Shown here: positions 1 through 7,759 of the stretch, one piece after another
Layout: each line of letters starts with the position of its first letter
How positions within the stretch are numbered: position 1 is the stretch's first letter
NCBI GenBank assembly: GCA_001818495.1
Contig: MHKS01000005.1
Location: forward strand, 466,584 to 530,583
Origin: Candidatus Komeilibacteria bacterium RIFOXYD1_FULL_37_29
Lineage (GTDB): Bacteria > Patescibacteriota > Patescibacteriia > UBA1558 > GWA2-36-10
Length of the DNA: 64,000 nt
Direction: 5' to 3'
Notes under the pieces: generated by a model
Told to the model about the DNA's origin: nothing
What the model saw: only the letters and a program-made list of their open reading frames with translations
Database searches by the model: none
Made by a program: the position numbers and the translations under genes

Positions 1-6
1 GGTAAT

Positions 7-741
7 TTGAACGCCGCTTTCCAGGTTATGGACCTTTTGAGAGCCAATGAAAAGCAGACGGCTGACTCTTTGGCAGCTGTCAATAAAGCTGTCGATGATA
101 GTCTGGCTGCAGTGCAGCAAACTATCGATGACAGCTTAGCGACCATCGAAGAGCGGAAGAACTTCTGGCCGAATGTTCAAAGGCTTGTGGCTGAAATCCC
201 CGAGGATTTTGATGCTATGCTCGAGTGGGCGGATACTCCGGTTAAAGTCTCAGCAGTTTTGTTGAGCTATGATGTTCCTAGAAGCTGGATTGAACAGCGT
301 GGTATTGGCATAGATGTCTATTATGGTCAAGATATGATTATACTAGCGGACATTAGTTACGCGCAGACCAGAAATATGCTTCACCGCTACGCGGTGGAAC
401 TTAATGGTCCGGCGCATCGTCGGCTTATGGGGCAGGATTCCGTCCTTATTTCTAGCAAGGCCGATCAGGCCTGCCTTGAAGAAACAAATGCTTCACTAGC
501 GGAGACTAGAGAGGCGGTCGAGTTGACCTTCAAGGTAGCAACAGTCAACACTGAGAATATCCAGACGCTAGCTAGCGCCATGGATGATCTCAAAAGGGAT
601 GTTTGGACCTGTTTGGAAGGTTTGAAGCGGACGAAAATCCGCAAAGACCAAGGCGATGACAATCGCCGAATGATGGACAACCTGAGCATTCAGGGCAAAA
701 CCGCTGTCGTGTCGACAGAGCTCAAGAGCACTGAGCTCTAA
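7..741 (+). CDS. Hypothetical protein of foreign-looking composition (about 47% GC against a 34% background). It is probably 5'-partial at the window edge.
   Basis: The ORF opens on TTG at the window start. Its GC is clearly above that of its neighbours. I recognise no motif. It is convergent with the giant minus-strand gene and the two share a terminator hairpin. Confidence 0.45.
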   Translation: MNAAFQVMDLLRANEKQTADSLAAVNKAVDDSLAAVQQTIDDSLATIEERKNFWPNVQRLVAEIPEDFDAMLEWADTPVKVSAVLLSYDVPRSWIEQRGIGIDVYYGQDMIILADISYAQTRNMLHRYAVELNGPAHRRLMGQDSVLISSKADQACLEETNASLAETREAVELTFKVATVNTENIQTLASAMDDLKRDVWTCLEGLKRTKIRKDQGDDNRRMMDNLSIQGKTAVVSTELKSTEL

Positions 742-778
742 TCGTATAGATCGAGTTTTTCTAAGTTCAACAAAAAAA

Positions 779-802
779 GAGACCCGCTCACCGGTGGGTC
801 TC
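779..802. terminator. Bidirectional rho-independent terminator hairpin between two convergent genes.
   Basis: gagacccgc-TCACCG-gtgggtctc forms a 9-bp stem with one G-T wobble. An A-tract lies 5' and ttaaaatttattt lies 3'. Confidence 0.6.
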
Positions 803-809
803 TTAAAAT

Positions 810-3800
810 TTATTTAGTATTGTCTAACCTTTTGTTTATTTTTTCTAGGATAGCTTCATTTTCTCCAATTACTTTTTTTGCTTTATCCAAATCGGCCACT
901 TCCACATCATCCGGTGGGTTTTGTTTTAATATATAATTAAAAATTTCTAGACGGCCTTTAATTTTTTCTAAATCGTCTACCGACATTTTATCAAGTTGCT
1001 CTTCGGTTGGTAATTTTTCATCAAGGAAATTTTCATATAATTTGCCAGCACTCATGTCTGACTGTTTGCTAATTGTCTCCTTCTGAGACTCTGCCCCTTC
1101 TTTAAGTTGATCTCTTAGTGTCTCGGATCCTTTCTTACCTATTTGTTCTAATTCTTGGACTGATTTTACTTTTTGCTCAGCTACGGCTATATCGTACATC
1201 AATTTTTCTCTAGTTTCTTTGACCATCAAATCTTTCATCGCTCTTTCAACGGTCATACCATCATCTACTTTGATTTCGTCATTTCTGACCGCCTGTTCTA
1301 AGAATTCGCGCATATGCTCACGGGTATGCATTTTAATGGCATCATCTTTATCTTCAATAGTCTCTTCTGTTTTACCGTGCAACAATTCTGATAAAGATTC
1401 TTTTTTAAGATCGTTCCATTCTTTTCGACTCTCGGCATCATCAAAGCCCAGTTTATTAAGAGCGGTGTTTAATTCGGTGGAAATATCATATTCTGGTTTG
1501 GGTAGCAAAGATTCGGGTATTTCAATTTTTTGTAAACTTTGGTTGTCTAATTGCTCATTTAAGCGAGCCATCATAGCCTCTTGATTTTTTTCCACCAAAG
1601 ATAAAAATTCAGTGGCTTTGGTTTCAGATACTTTATCAATTAGCTTTTCGCCAGATTCTTTATCCTGTAAGTATAATGGTTCTTCCAAAATATTATCACC
1701 AATTTTCACTACTTGATTGTTTTCTACAGTAATAGTTTGGTTTTCCAAAGTGAAAGAACCAGATTCCTCATCACTAAAGTTTACTTCGGTAGCCAATTCT
1801 CCCAGGTTAGATTTTTCTAAATTATCTTGGAATACTCTGCCTTCGGCCTTTTGAATTTGTTCTTGATCAAATTTGATATTTTCATCTTTGACTCCCTCGG
1901 CTGATAGCATATCGCCCCAAGTTTCATTTTTGATATTATCTATGTAAGCAACCGCACCAGTATTGGCGACATTTTCTGCCATAATAATTTCAGTGGCATG
2001 GTCAGCCAATTTGGCAATGACATTTTCCTGAAAGCCCTCATAATCAGTAATGGTTATTTTATTCCCCTCAATATTGACATATTTTTGAAATTCTTCTCCA
2101 GTGATACCAGCAATATCATGGCCTTCTGATAAGACTCGTAAATTAGCGCCAATATTAAGTATGCGAGCTGCTTCGACATTGGTTACCTCTCCTTTATCCA
2201 AATCTATATTATCAATACCCAAACGATAAAATACCTGTTCTAGGTGTTTTGGTGCAGCATCTTTACCCAGCTCTAAAGATAGTTTATATTTTACATCTTT
2301 TTCATCACCAGCTTCTTCTTTAAAGCCGGCTTTGACTACAGTCGGGTGCTCAATAGAAAATTTTTGCTGATCAGTAATTAAGCCGTCCTTATGAAGTTGC
2401 TCTAAGAGCGCTTGAGCAGCTTGAGATTTTTCACCGCCATGGATTTGATCACTTATAATTTTTAATTCAGTTTCGTCTAGACCGCCGTCAAAAGCATTAA
2501 TACCCAAATTTTTTTCCAGCTCTACCCGACCGACCGCTTCATTAATAGTTTTTATATCAATACCACTATTTCCAATAGCATTTTTTGCTAATTCCACATT
2601 ACCAAGCTGAAGTTCCTGACCTAAATGTTGTTTGATGGTCTCTTGATATTGCTCTAAACTCAAACTGCCATTTTTTAATAGATGCTGCAGAGCTTGTTTA
2701 GCGGTTTGAGCTTCCGGAGATTTTGGATCGTTATCCAATTCACAAATGATTTTATCCAAATCCTCGGCTTTAAGACCATTCTCAAAAGTGTTGATACCCA
2801 ATTTTTCATTGACAGCCACTAAATTTTTTAGTGAGTCGACGGTAGTTGAGTCTAAAGTAGAATCTTTTATTAAAGTATCGGCCTTGATTGTATCTCCAGA
2901 TTGAAGAGCTTGGGCAATTTCATTTATTTGAGTTTTTTGTTCGACCAAACTAGAATCATTGGCAAGCGTATCCGGAAACAAACTATCCTGTTTTTGTGGA
3001 CCGATAAAGTCTTTGGTGTCTACCGCCATTTCTTCTATATCAAAATCATCTTGTAAACTGTATTTAAATCCTGAGTTAGCAGCTTGCTTTTGTTTAGCTA
3101 AAACTTCTTGCATTTGCTCGAGTATTCCTTTTTGTTCGCTTAAAGTAGAATCAGAGTTTTCGAGCGCTGGGGCTTTTGTGGTATCAACTGGTACCTCAGC
3201 TTTTTCTTCAATATTAGCTGTGTCACCATTCGGTATCTCAGTATTATCTTTTGAGGTTATTGTGTCAGCTGTATTTAAAATCACTCGGTTATAGATATTA
3301 TCCAAACCTTGGTTGATATTATAATCTTCACCTGATAGTGCTGTTGAACTGGCATTTACCAACTCTCCACCAATAGCACCAGCTATAGCTCCTTTGGTAC
3401 CTTCTAATCCAGCTCGGCCTAAAGTTCTGAATTTTTCTTTGTTACTCAACTGGGCAAAAGTTTTCCAAAGACCCCTAAAACTCTTTCTGGCTCTTTCTTT
3501 GGTAGCAATGTCAGCTGCTTGGGCAATTTCTTTTTCTCTTTGAGAAACTATACTTTTGGCCATTTTTTTAGTATCAACAGTTTCATTTTTTTCAGCAGTA
3601 ATATTTTTGGCCTCAGAGATCATTTTATTTTGTAGATTCTGAATCTGCAGTTCAATTTTAGCCCTCTCTGCTTCTTTGATGTCAGGCAATTTTATGCGAG
3701 CTCTGGCTTCGCTGATTAATCCTCTGGCTTGATCAATATTTTCATTAGTTAAGGCAAAATTATTAAAATCACTAAGTATATCTTTGGTGGTTTTTACTTC

Positions 3801-5639
3801 GCTGGCGCTTTGCTTGAGGATTTCATTTCGCAAAGATCCTTGTATTCTTTGCATACCCATATAGACCGCTCCGGCGATGGCGTCAGAATAAGCTGCTCCG
3901 GCAATAGAACCAGAAACAAAGCCCTTACCTAGAGCTTGCATCAGACTGTCGGGAGGATTTTTGCCAAATAATTTGGCAACATAAGATTTTTCATAAGCGC
4001 TTTTTCCCTTATTATCAATTTCGGCAAATTTTTCTTGGGCTACTACATCACCTAAGATAACATTCATTTCTCTAGAAACCATCAACTCGGCCTGAATAGC
4101 CAGTTTATTAATGTCCGCTTCGCTTAAGTCGGATGCTCCTTTTAGTTGTTTTAAGGCTTCTTCTATTTGATAAGCAGCATATTCTTCCAGAGCGTTATTA
4201 GCAGTTAATGATTTGATTAACTCCTGTCTGTCTTTGATATCTTCAGCTTGATATTTCTGGTCACTATTTTTTTTAGTATTTTCGGTAAGTACCAACAAAC
4301 TACAGATATGATCAATTTTAGCTCTTTTTTCATCGCTATTTTCACCGCTAAAAATATTTTCTATTTTTTCGTCATCAAACCTTAATCTATAAGCCAAATT
4401 TTTTTGAGTACCCATGCTTTCCTGTCGCTGTTTTTCAAATTTGAGCAGGGCATCCATATCATTTTTTAGCTGTTCAAAAAGACCGTTGGTATCTAAACCA
4501 TCTTTAGACATTTTTTCAGCCTGAGTAGCCAATTTTTTGAGACTTTGGGCGTTTAGTTTTTCAAAACCACGACTAGTCAGATAATTAAAACCAGATACTG
4601 CTGCACCAGTCAGTCCTCCGCCAGCTAATTTTAGGGCCAAAGCTGGTGCGCTGACAAATTTGAGGCCGGTCATGACAGCTCGATTGGCTAAAGCATAAGA
4701 ACCTCCACCCCAGACGCCTTTTAAGAGCTGACTACCCTCGGCTTTTAATTTATCTGTTTTAGAAGTATTGTTTTCTTTGGAGGCTGAGGCCTGTCGTATC
4801 TGATCTTGCATAACCACTTCGGCTTGCTGACAGAAATTTTCAAAGTATCTGTTTTTAAATTCCTCAGCATAAAGAGTATCCACGCCCATTTCCATGAGCA
4901 TGGTTTCATCAGTAATCATTTGAGCAAATTTTTCTTTTAGTTTTTTAATATCTTTTAAGTCATCAAAACTTAAGTTAGTAAAAAACTCATTAAATTTTTG
5001 GTTAGCGATTTGCTCTTGCTTGGCTTCCAAAATTGGTACTACTTCTTCAGAAATTGTCTCTGCTATAGCTAATGTTGGTTTGGGTGTCTCTACAGAAATT
5101 GGTTCTGGTTTGGGTGCTACCATTTCAGCGGTGTGGAGAGGGTTCGATTCTGCTTGAATAATCGGCTCAGGAGTTTTTGGTTTCTCGGATTTTTCTAGGC
5201 GTTCGGCTCGATTACTTTTGATTTCTGGAATCTCAGAATAGATAACCCTACTCTTTTCTTCAGCTGGCGCTCCAGAAAAAACAATTTCGCTAGTTACTTT
5301 CTTGGCACTTCTACCCCATTGATTTTTGGTGTTCTCTATAGCTGTACTTGCTTCGATAGCAACGTTTTCAGCAGAGCTACTAATATCTCTTAAAACAGCT
5401 GACTCGGCTGGAGTGGCTGCTGTTTTTATCTCTGATGGTGTATCCTTAAAATCAGCCACTTCATCTTCAATCATCGTAGTTGCTTCGTAGGCGCTAGTTT
5501 CTATTGGATCTAGCCTAGTTTCTCTAGCATTAGCTTTTAAAAGCTCTTCCATTCTTTCAGCTGATACTTCACCATATCTAGGATCTACTGACTGGCCTCC
5601 CCTAGAGCTCCTTTTATCTCCTTTGTTTCTTCTGTCCAT
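810..5639 (-). CDS. Giant 1609-aa acidic, K/E-rich coiled-coil protein with internal tandem repeats of about 100 aa. Function unknown; it may be a surface or adhesion protein.
   Basis: One uninterrupted ORF. Repeats include LGINTFENGLKAEDL...SPEAQTAKQALQHL and LGINAFDGGLDETEL...SQAAQALLEQL. Gly-rich amphipathic stretches such as GGGSYALANRAVMTGLKFVSAPALALKLAGGGLTGAAVSGF are present. No enzymatic motif is seen. Confidence 0.6.
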   Translation of the reverse strand: MDRRNKGDKRSSRGGQSVDPRYGEVSAERMEELLKANARETRLDPIETSAYEATTMIEDEVADFKDTPSEIKTAATPAESAVLRDISSSAENVAIEASTAIENTKNQWGRSAKKVTSEIVFSGAPAEEKSRVIYSEIPEIKSNRAERLEKSEKPKTPEPIIQAESNPLHTAEMVAPKPEPISVETPKPTLAIAETISEEVVPILEAKQEQIANQKFNEFFTNLSFDDLKDIKKLKEKFAQMITDETMLMEMGVDTLYAEEFKNRYFENFCQQAEVVMQDQIRQASASKENNTSKTDKLKAEGSQLLKGVWGGGSYALANRAVMTGLKFVSAPALALKLAGGGLTGAAVSGFNYLTSRGFEKLNAQSLKKLATQAEKMSKDGLDTNGLFEQLKNDMDALLKFEKQRQESMGTQKNLAYRLRFDDEKIENIFSGENSDEKRAKIDHICSLLVLTENTKKNSDQKYQAEDIKDRQELIKSLTANNALEEYAAYQIEEALKQLKGASDLSEADINKLAIQAELMVSREMNVILGDVVAQEKFAEIDNKGKSAYEKSYVAKLFGKNPPDSLMQALGKGFVSGSIAGAAYSDAIAGAVYMGMQRIQGSLRNEILKQSASEVKTTKDILSDFNNFALTNENIDQARGLISEARARIKLPDIKEAERAKIELQIQNLQNKMISEAKNITAEKNETVDTKKMAKSIVSQREKEIAQAADIATKERARKSFRGLWKTFAQLSNKEKFRTLGRAGLEGTKGAIAGAIGGELVNASSTALSGEDYNINQGLDNIYNRVILNTADTITSKDNTEIPNGDTANIEEKAEVPVDTTKAPALENSDSTLSEQKGILEQMQEVLAKQKQAANSGFKYSLQDDFDIEEMAVDTKDFIGPQKQDSLFPDTLANDSSLVEQKTQINEIAQALQSGDTIKADTLIKDSTLDSTTVDSLKNLVAVNEKLGINTFENGLKAEDLDKIICELDNDPKSPEAQTAKQALQHLLKNGSLSLEQYQETIKQHLGQELQLGNVELAKNAIGNSGIDIKTINEAVGRVELEKNLGINAFDGGLDETELKIISDQIHGGEKSQAAQALLEQLHKDGLITDQQKFSIEHPTVVKAGFKEEAGDEKDVKYKLSLELGKDAAPKHLEQVFYRLGIDNIDLDKGEVTNVEAARILNIGANLRVLSEGHDIAGITGEEFQKYVNIEGNKITITDYEGFQENVIAKLADHATEIIMAENVANTGAVAYIDNIKNETWGDMLSAEGVKDENIKFDQEQIQKAEGRVFQDNLEKSNLGELATEVNFSDEESGSFTLENQTITVENNQVVKIGDNILEEPLYLQDKESGEKLIDKVSETKATEFLSLVEKNQEAMMARLNEQLDNQSLQKIEIPESLLPKPEYDISTELNTALNKLGFDDAESRKEWNDLKKESLSELLHGKTEETIEDKDDAIKMHTREHMREFLEQAVRNDEIKVDDGMTVERAMKDLMVKETREKLMYDIAVAEQKVKSVQELEQIGKKGSETLRDQLKEGAESQKETISKQSDMSAGKLYENFLDEKLPTEEQLDKMSVDDLEKIKGRLEIFNYILKQNPPDDVEVADLDKAKKVIGENEAILEKINKRLDNTK

Positions 5640-5643
5640 ATAA

Positions 5644-5829
5644 TTAATATCTATCTTTTAATTCTTGAAGTTTTTGGGAAATTTTTTCCTCGTCAACTCT
5701 TTGAATTATCTGGCTAATAATTTTATTTTTATCGTCTTTTAATTTACCCAATTTAAGCAAAGCCAAGTCCCTAATTTGTTGAATTTCAGCTATTTTGTCT
5801 TGAGTGGCTTTGGATTTTATTGGAGGCAT
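5644..5829 (-). CDS. Small 61-aa coiled-coil protein. It lies immediately upstream of the giant protein on the same strand, so they are probably co-transcribed.
   Basis: Short ORF with a 4-nt gap to the giant gene. The protein is charged and helical. Confidence 0.35.
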   Translation of the reverse strand: MPPIKSKATQDKIAEIQQIRDLALLKLGKLKDDKNKIISQIIQRVDEEKISQKLQELKDRY

Positions 5830-5836
5830 ACTTTTA

Positions 5837-6169
5837 TTATTTTAGAGCTTGTTTTATGCGGGCAGTTCGATTGAAAAAATTATAAGCATAGTCATCTAAG
5901 AATTTTTTTTGTTCATTGGAAAAATTTGGTATTTTGTTTTGCAAAAAATCATGCAGGTCTTCCGTTTTAGCATTTTTTTCAACCAACTCATAATATTCGT
6001 TTATATCCTGAGCTGATAATTTGCTTAAAAGAAAAAGACCCATCTTTTTTTCCAGTTGCTCAGCCAACCTCTCTACGTCAGTGGCGTCAATTTTGCCGCT
6101 AGCGTCGGTTAAATTAGCTTTACTCAGAAGGGCCGTAATAAAATCCTTAGAAAATGCTTTGTTTGCCAT
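5837..6169 (-). CDS. Hypothetical 110-aa protein, first gene of the operon that runs into the giant protein.
   Basis: ORF with tight spacing to the next gene. An AT-rich promoter-like region lies upstream at 6170-6282. Confidence 0.45.
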   Translation of the reverse strand: MANKAFSKDFITALLSKANLTDASGKIDATDVERLAEQLEKKMGLFLLSKLSAQDINEYYELVEKNAKTEDLHDFLQNKIPNFSNEQKKFLDDYAYNFFNRTARIKQALK

Positions 6170-6282
6170 ATTTTTATAATTATTTTTGGGCTAAGATACA
6201 CATATATATTATAAATTATTTTTACATTATAGTATAGTACTTTTTCAATATTATGTCTAGATTTATAGTTTAAAGTCTTTTT

Positions 6283-6867
6283 TTAGGTATTAAATTGGTC
6301 TAATAATTTTTTAGTTATTTTGGTTGGTAGACCAATGATACTTTCTTCTTCCCCTTCTATGTTTTTTATATAGGGTTTGACTAGGGGATCCCAAATAGAA
6401 AAACCACCAGCTTGTTGGAAAATATCGCCCTTGGAAATTAGTTTTTCTATTATCTGATTGGGGATTTTTTTAAAATAAATTTTAGCGCTATCACTAGCCT
6501 CTACTTTTCGGCCAGTCTCAGTGTCAGTTACTACGACAGTATTGACAGTTTCAGCGGGAAATTTTTCGTAGCTGTTTAAAAAATCTCTAGCTTCTTGGGG
6601 GCTCTGTGGTTTTTCTCTAATAATTCCGTTCCAATAGACTACTTGATCGGCGGTAACTAGTAGGGCGGGAAATTTTATTTTTTCGAGCAATACCAGTGCC
6701 TTAGCGTTGGCTAATTTGCTGGTCAGTTTTTTAGGATTGGAATCCCTAATGGCTCTTTCGTCAATATCAGAAATCAATACGTCAAATTTATAACCCAAAT
6801 CTTCTAATACTTTTTTACGTCCTAAAGAAGCACTGCCTAATATTATTTTGTAATTTTTATGATTCAT
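6283..6867 (-). CDS. maf: Maf-family nucleoside triphosphate pyrophosphatase.
   Basis: The N-terminus reads IILGSASLGRKKVLEDLGYKFDVLISDIDE, which matches the Maf signature (ILASxSPRR...D.DE). Length is 194 aa. Confidence 0.7.
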   Translation of the reverse strand: MNHKNYKIILGSASLGRKKVLEDLGYKFDVLISDIDERAIRDSNPKKLTSKLANAKALVLLEKIKFPALLVTADQVVYWNGIIREKPQSPQEARDFLNSYEKFPAETVNTVVVTDTETGRKVEASDSAKIYFKKIPNQIIEKLISKGDIFQQAGGFSIWDPLVKPYIKNIEGEEESIIGLPTKITKKLLDQFNT

Positions 6868-6870
6868 AAA

Positions 6871-7407
6871 CTATGCTTGAAACCAAGCTGAGACAGCTTC
6901 AATATCTTCTTTTTGGTGTTCTCCTGTTAGCATACTTTTGTAAGCTATCAGATCGGCGGGTGAAACTATTGGTATAGTAATACCATAAATTTCTTTTAAA
7001 ATTGATGCTGAAAAATCGGTGGGCATTTTTTCCCATTTTCCGGTTCTAGCATCACAGATTTTAATATTATTACCGCCGCTTATATCTATCTCTTGACCAT
7101 TAAAATTTAATGTCAACGACTTACAATCCCATCTTTCATCAATATAATGCTTCGGGCCATAAACGATAAATCCCTTTAGATCTTCTATAATTTTAGAAAA
7201 ATATTTGTCTGGAATATCTATATCAATATCGTTTAGAAGTCTCTTGGATCCGTAAATTTTAGCAGCCAAACCTCCAGTTATTTGAAAGGGTACTTTGTGT
7301 TTTTTTAAAATTTTAACTATCCAGTCTAAAGCCTCTTTGGTATTTTTCCTATTACTACTTTCCATAACACTTTTATATTTTTTTCCAAGCAGAGGGCAAA
7401 AGATCAA
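6871..7407 (-). CDS. Pol-beta superfamily nucleotidyltransferase domain protein, similar to Lnu or aminoglycoside nucleotidyltransferases.
   Basis: GGLAAKIYGSKRLLNDIDIDI fits the GS...D.D nucleotidyltransferase motif. It overlaps the upstream deaminase gene by 35 nt. Confidence 0.45.
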   Translation of the reverse strand: MIFCPLLGKKYKSVMESSNRKNTKEALDWIVKILKKHKVPFQITGGLAAKIYGSKRLLNDIDIDIPDKYFSKIIEDLKGFIVYGPKHYIDERWDCKSLTLNFNGQEIDISGGNNIKICDARTGKWEKMPTDFSASILKEIYGITIPIVSPADLIAYKSMLTGEHQKEDIEAVSAWFQA

Positions 7408-7741
7408 TTGCCTTACTTGTTTTTATTTCTGATAATATAATTTGAGCCTCGGGACAATATGTTACATACAATTCACGACACAAACCGCAAGGCGGATAAA
7501 TTTCAAAAGTTCCATCTTCATGCCTTTTTACAGCAACAATCATTTCAATCTCACGATCACCAGCCAACAAAGCCTGTCCAACAGCTAACCATTCGGAACA
7601 AAGATCTACTTTTTGAGAATTTATGGAAATGCCAGTATAGATTTTTCCTGATTTTGTTCTAATAGCAGCACCAACGGAATGTTTTCCTTTGACATAATGT
7701 TGTTCAATGATGTTCTGCGCTTCTTTTATTAAATTCAGCAT
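7373..7741 (-). CDS. Cytidine/deoxycytidylate deaminase family zinc enzyme.
   Basis: CSEWLAV fits the C/H-A-E zinc motif and PCGLCRE fits PCxxC. Length is 122 aa. Confidence 0.7.
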   Translation of the reverse strand: MLNLIKEAQNIIEQHYVKGKHSVGAAIRTKSGKIYTGISINSQKVDLCSEWLAVGQALLAGDREIEMIVAVKRHEDGTFEIYPPCGLCRELYVTYCPEAQIILSEIKTSKAIDLLPSAWKKI

Positions 7742-7759
7742 GTTAAATATTAAATAATT

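Noticed and set aside
465-689. Antisense or short overlapping ORFs listed in the ORF track, for example 465-689, 1219-1584, 2959-3294, 7459-7662, 8465-8807, 17996-18343, 23250-23627, 53068-53967 and 60466-60827
   Set aside because: Each lies wholly inside and antisense to, or out of frame with, a long well-supported gene. Their translations are low-complexity Ser/Leu/Phe-rich sequences typical of AT-rich antisense frames. None has a promoter or RBS context.
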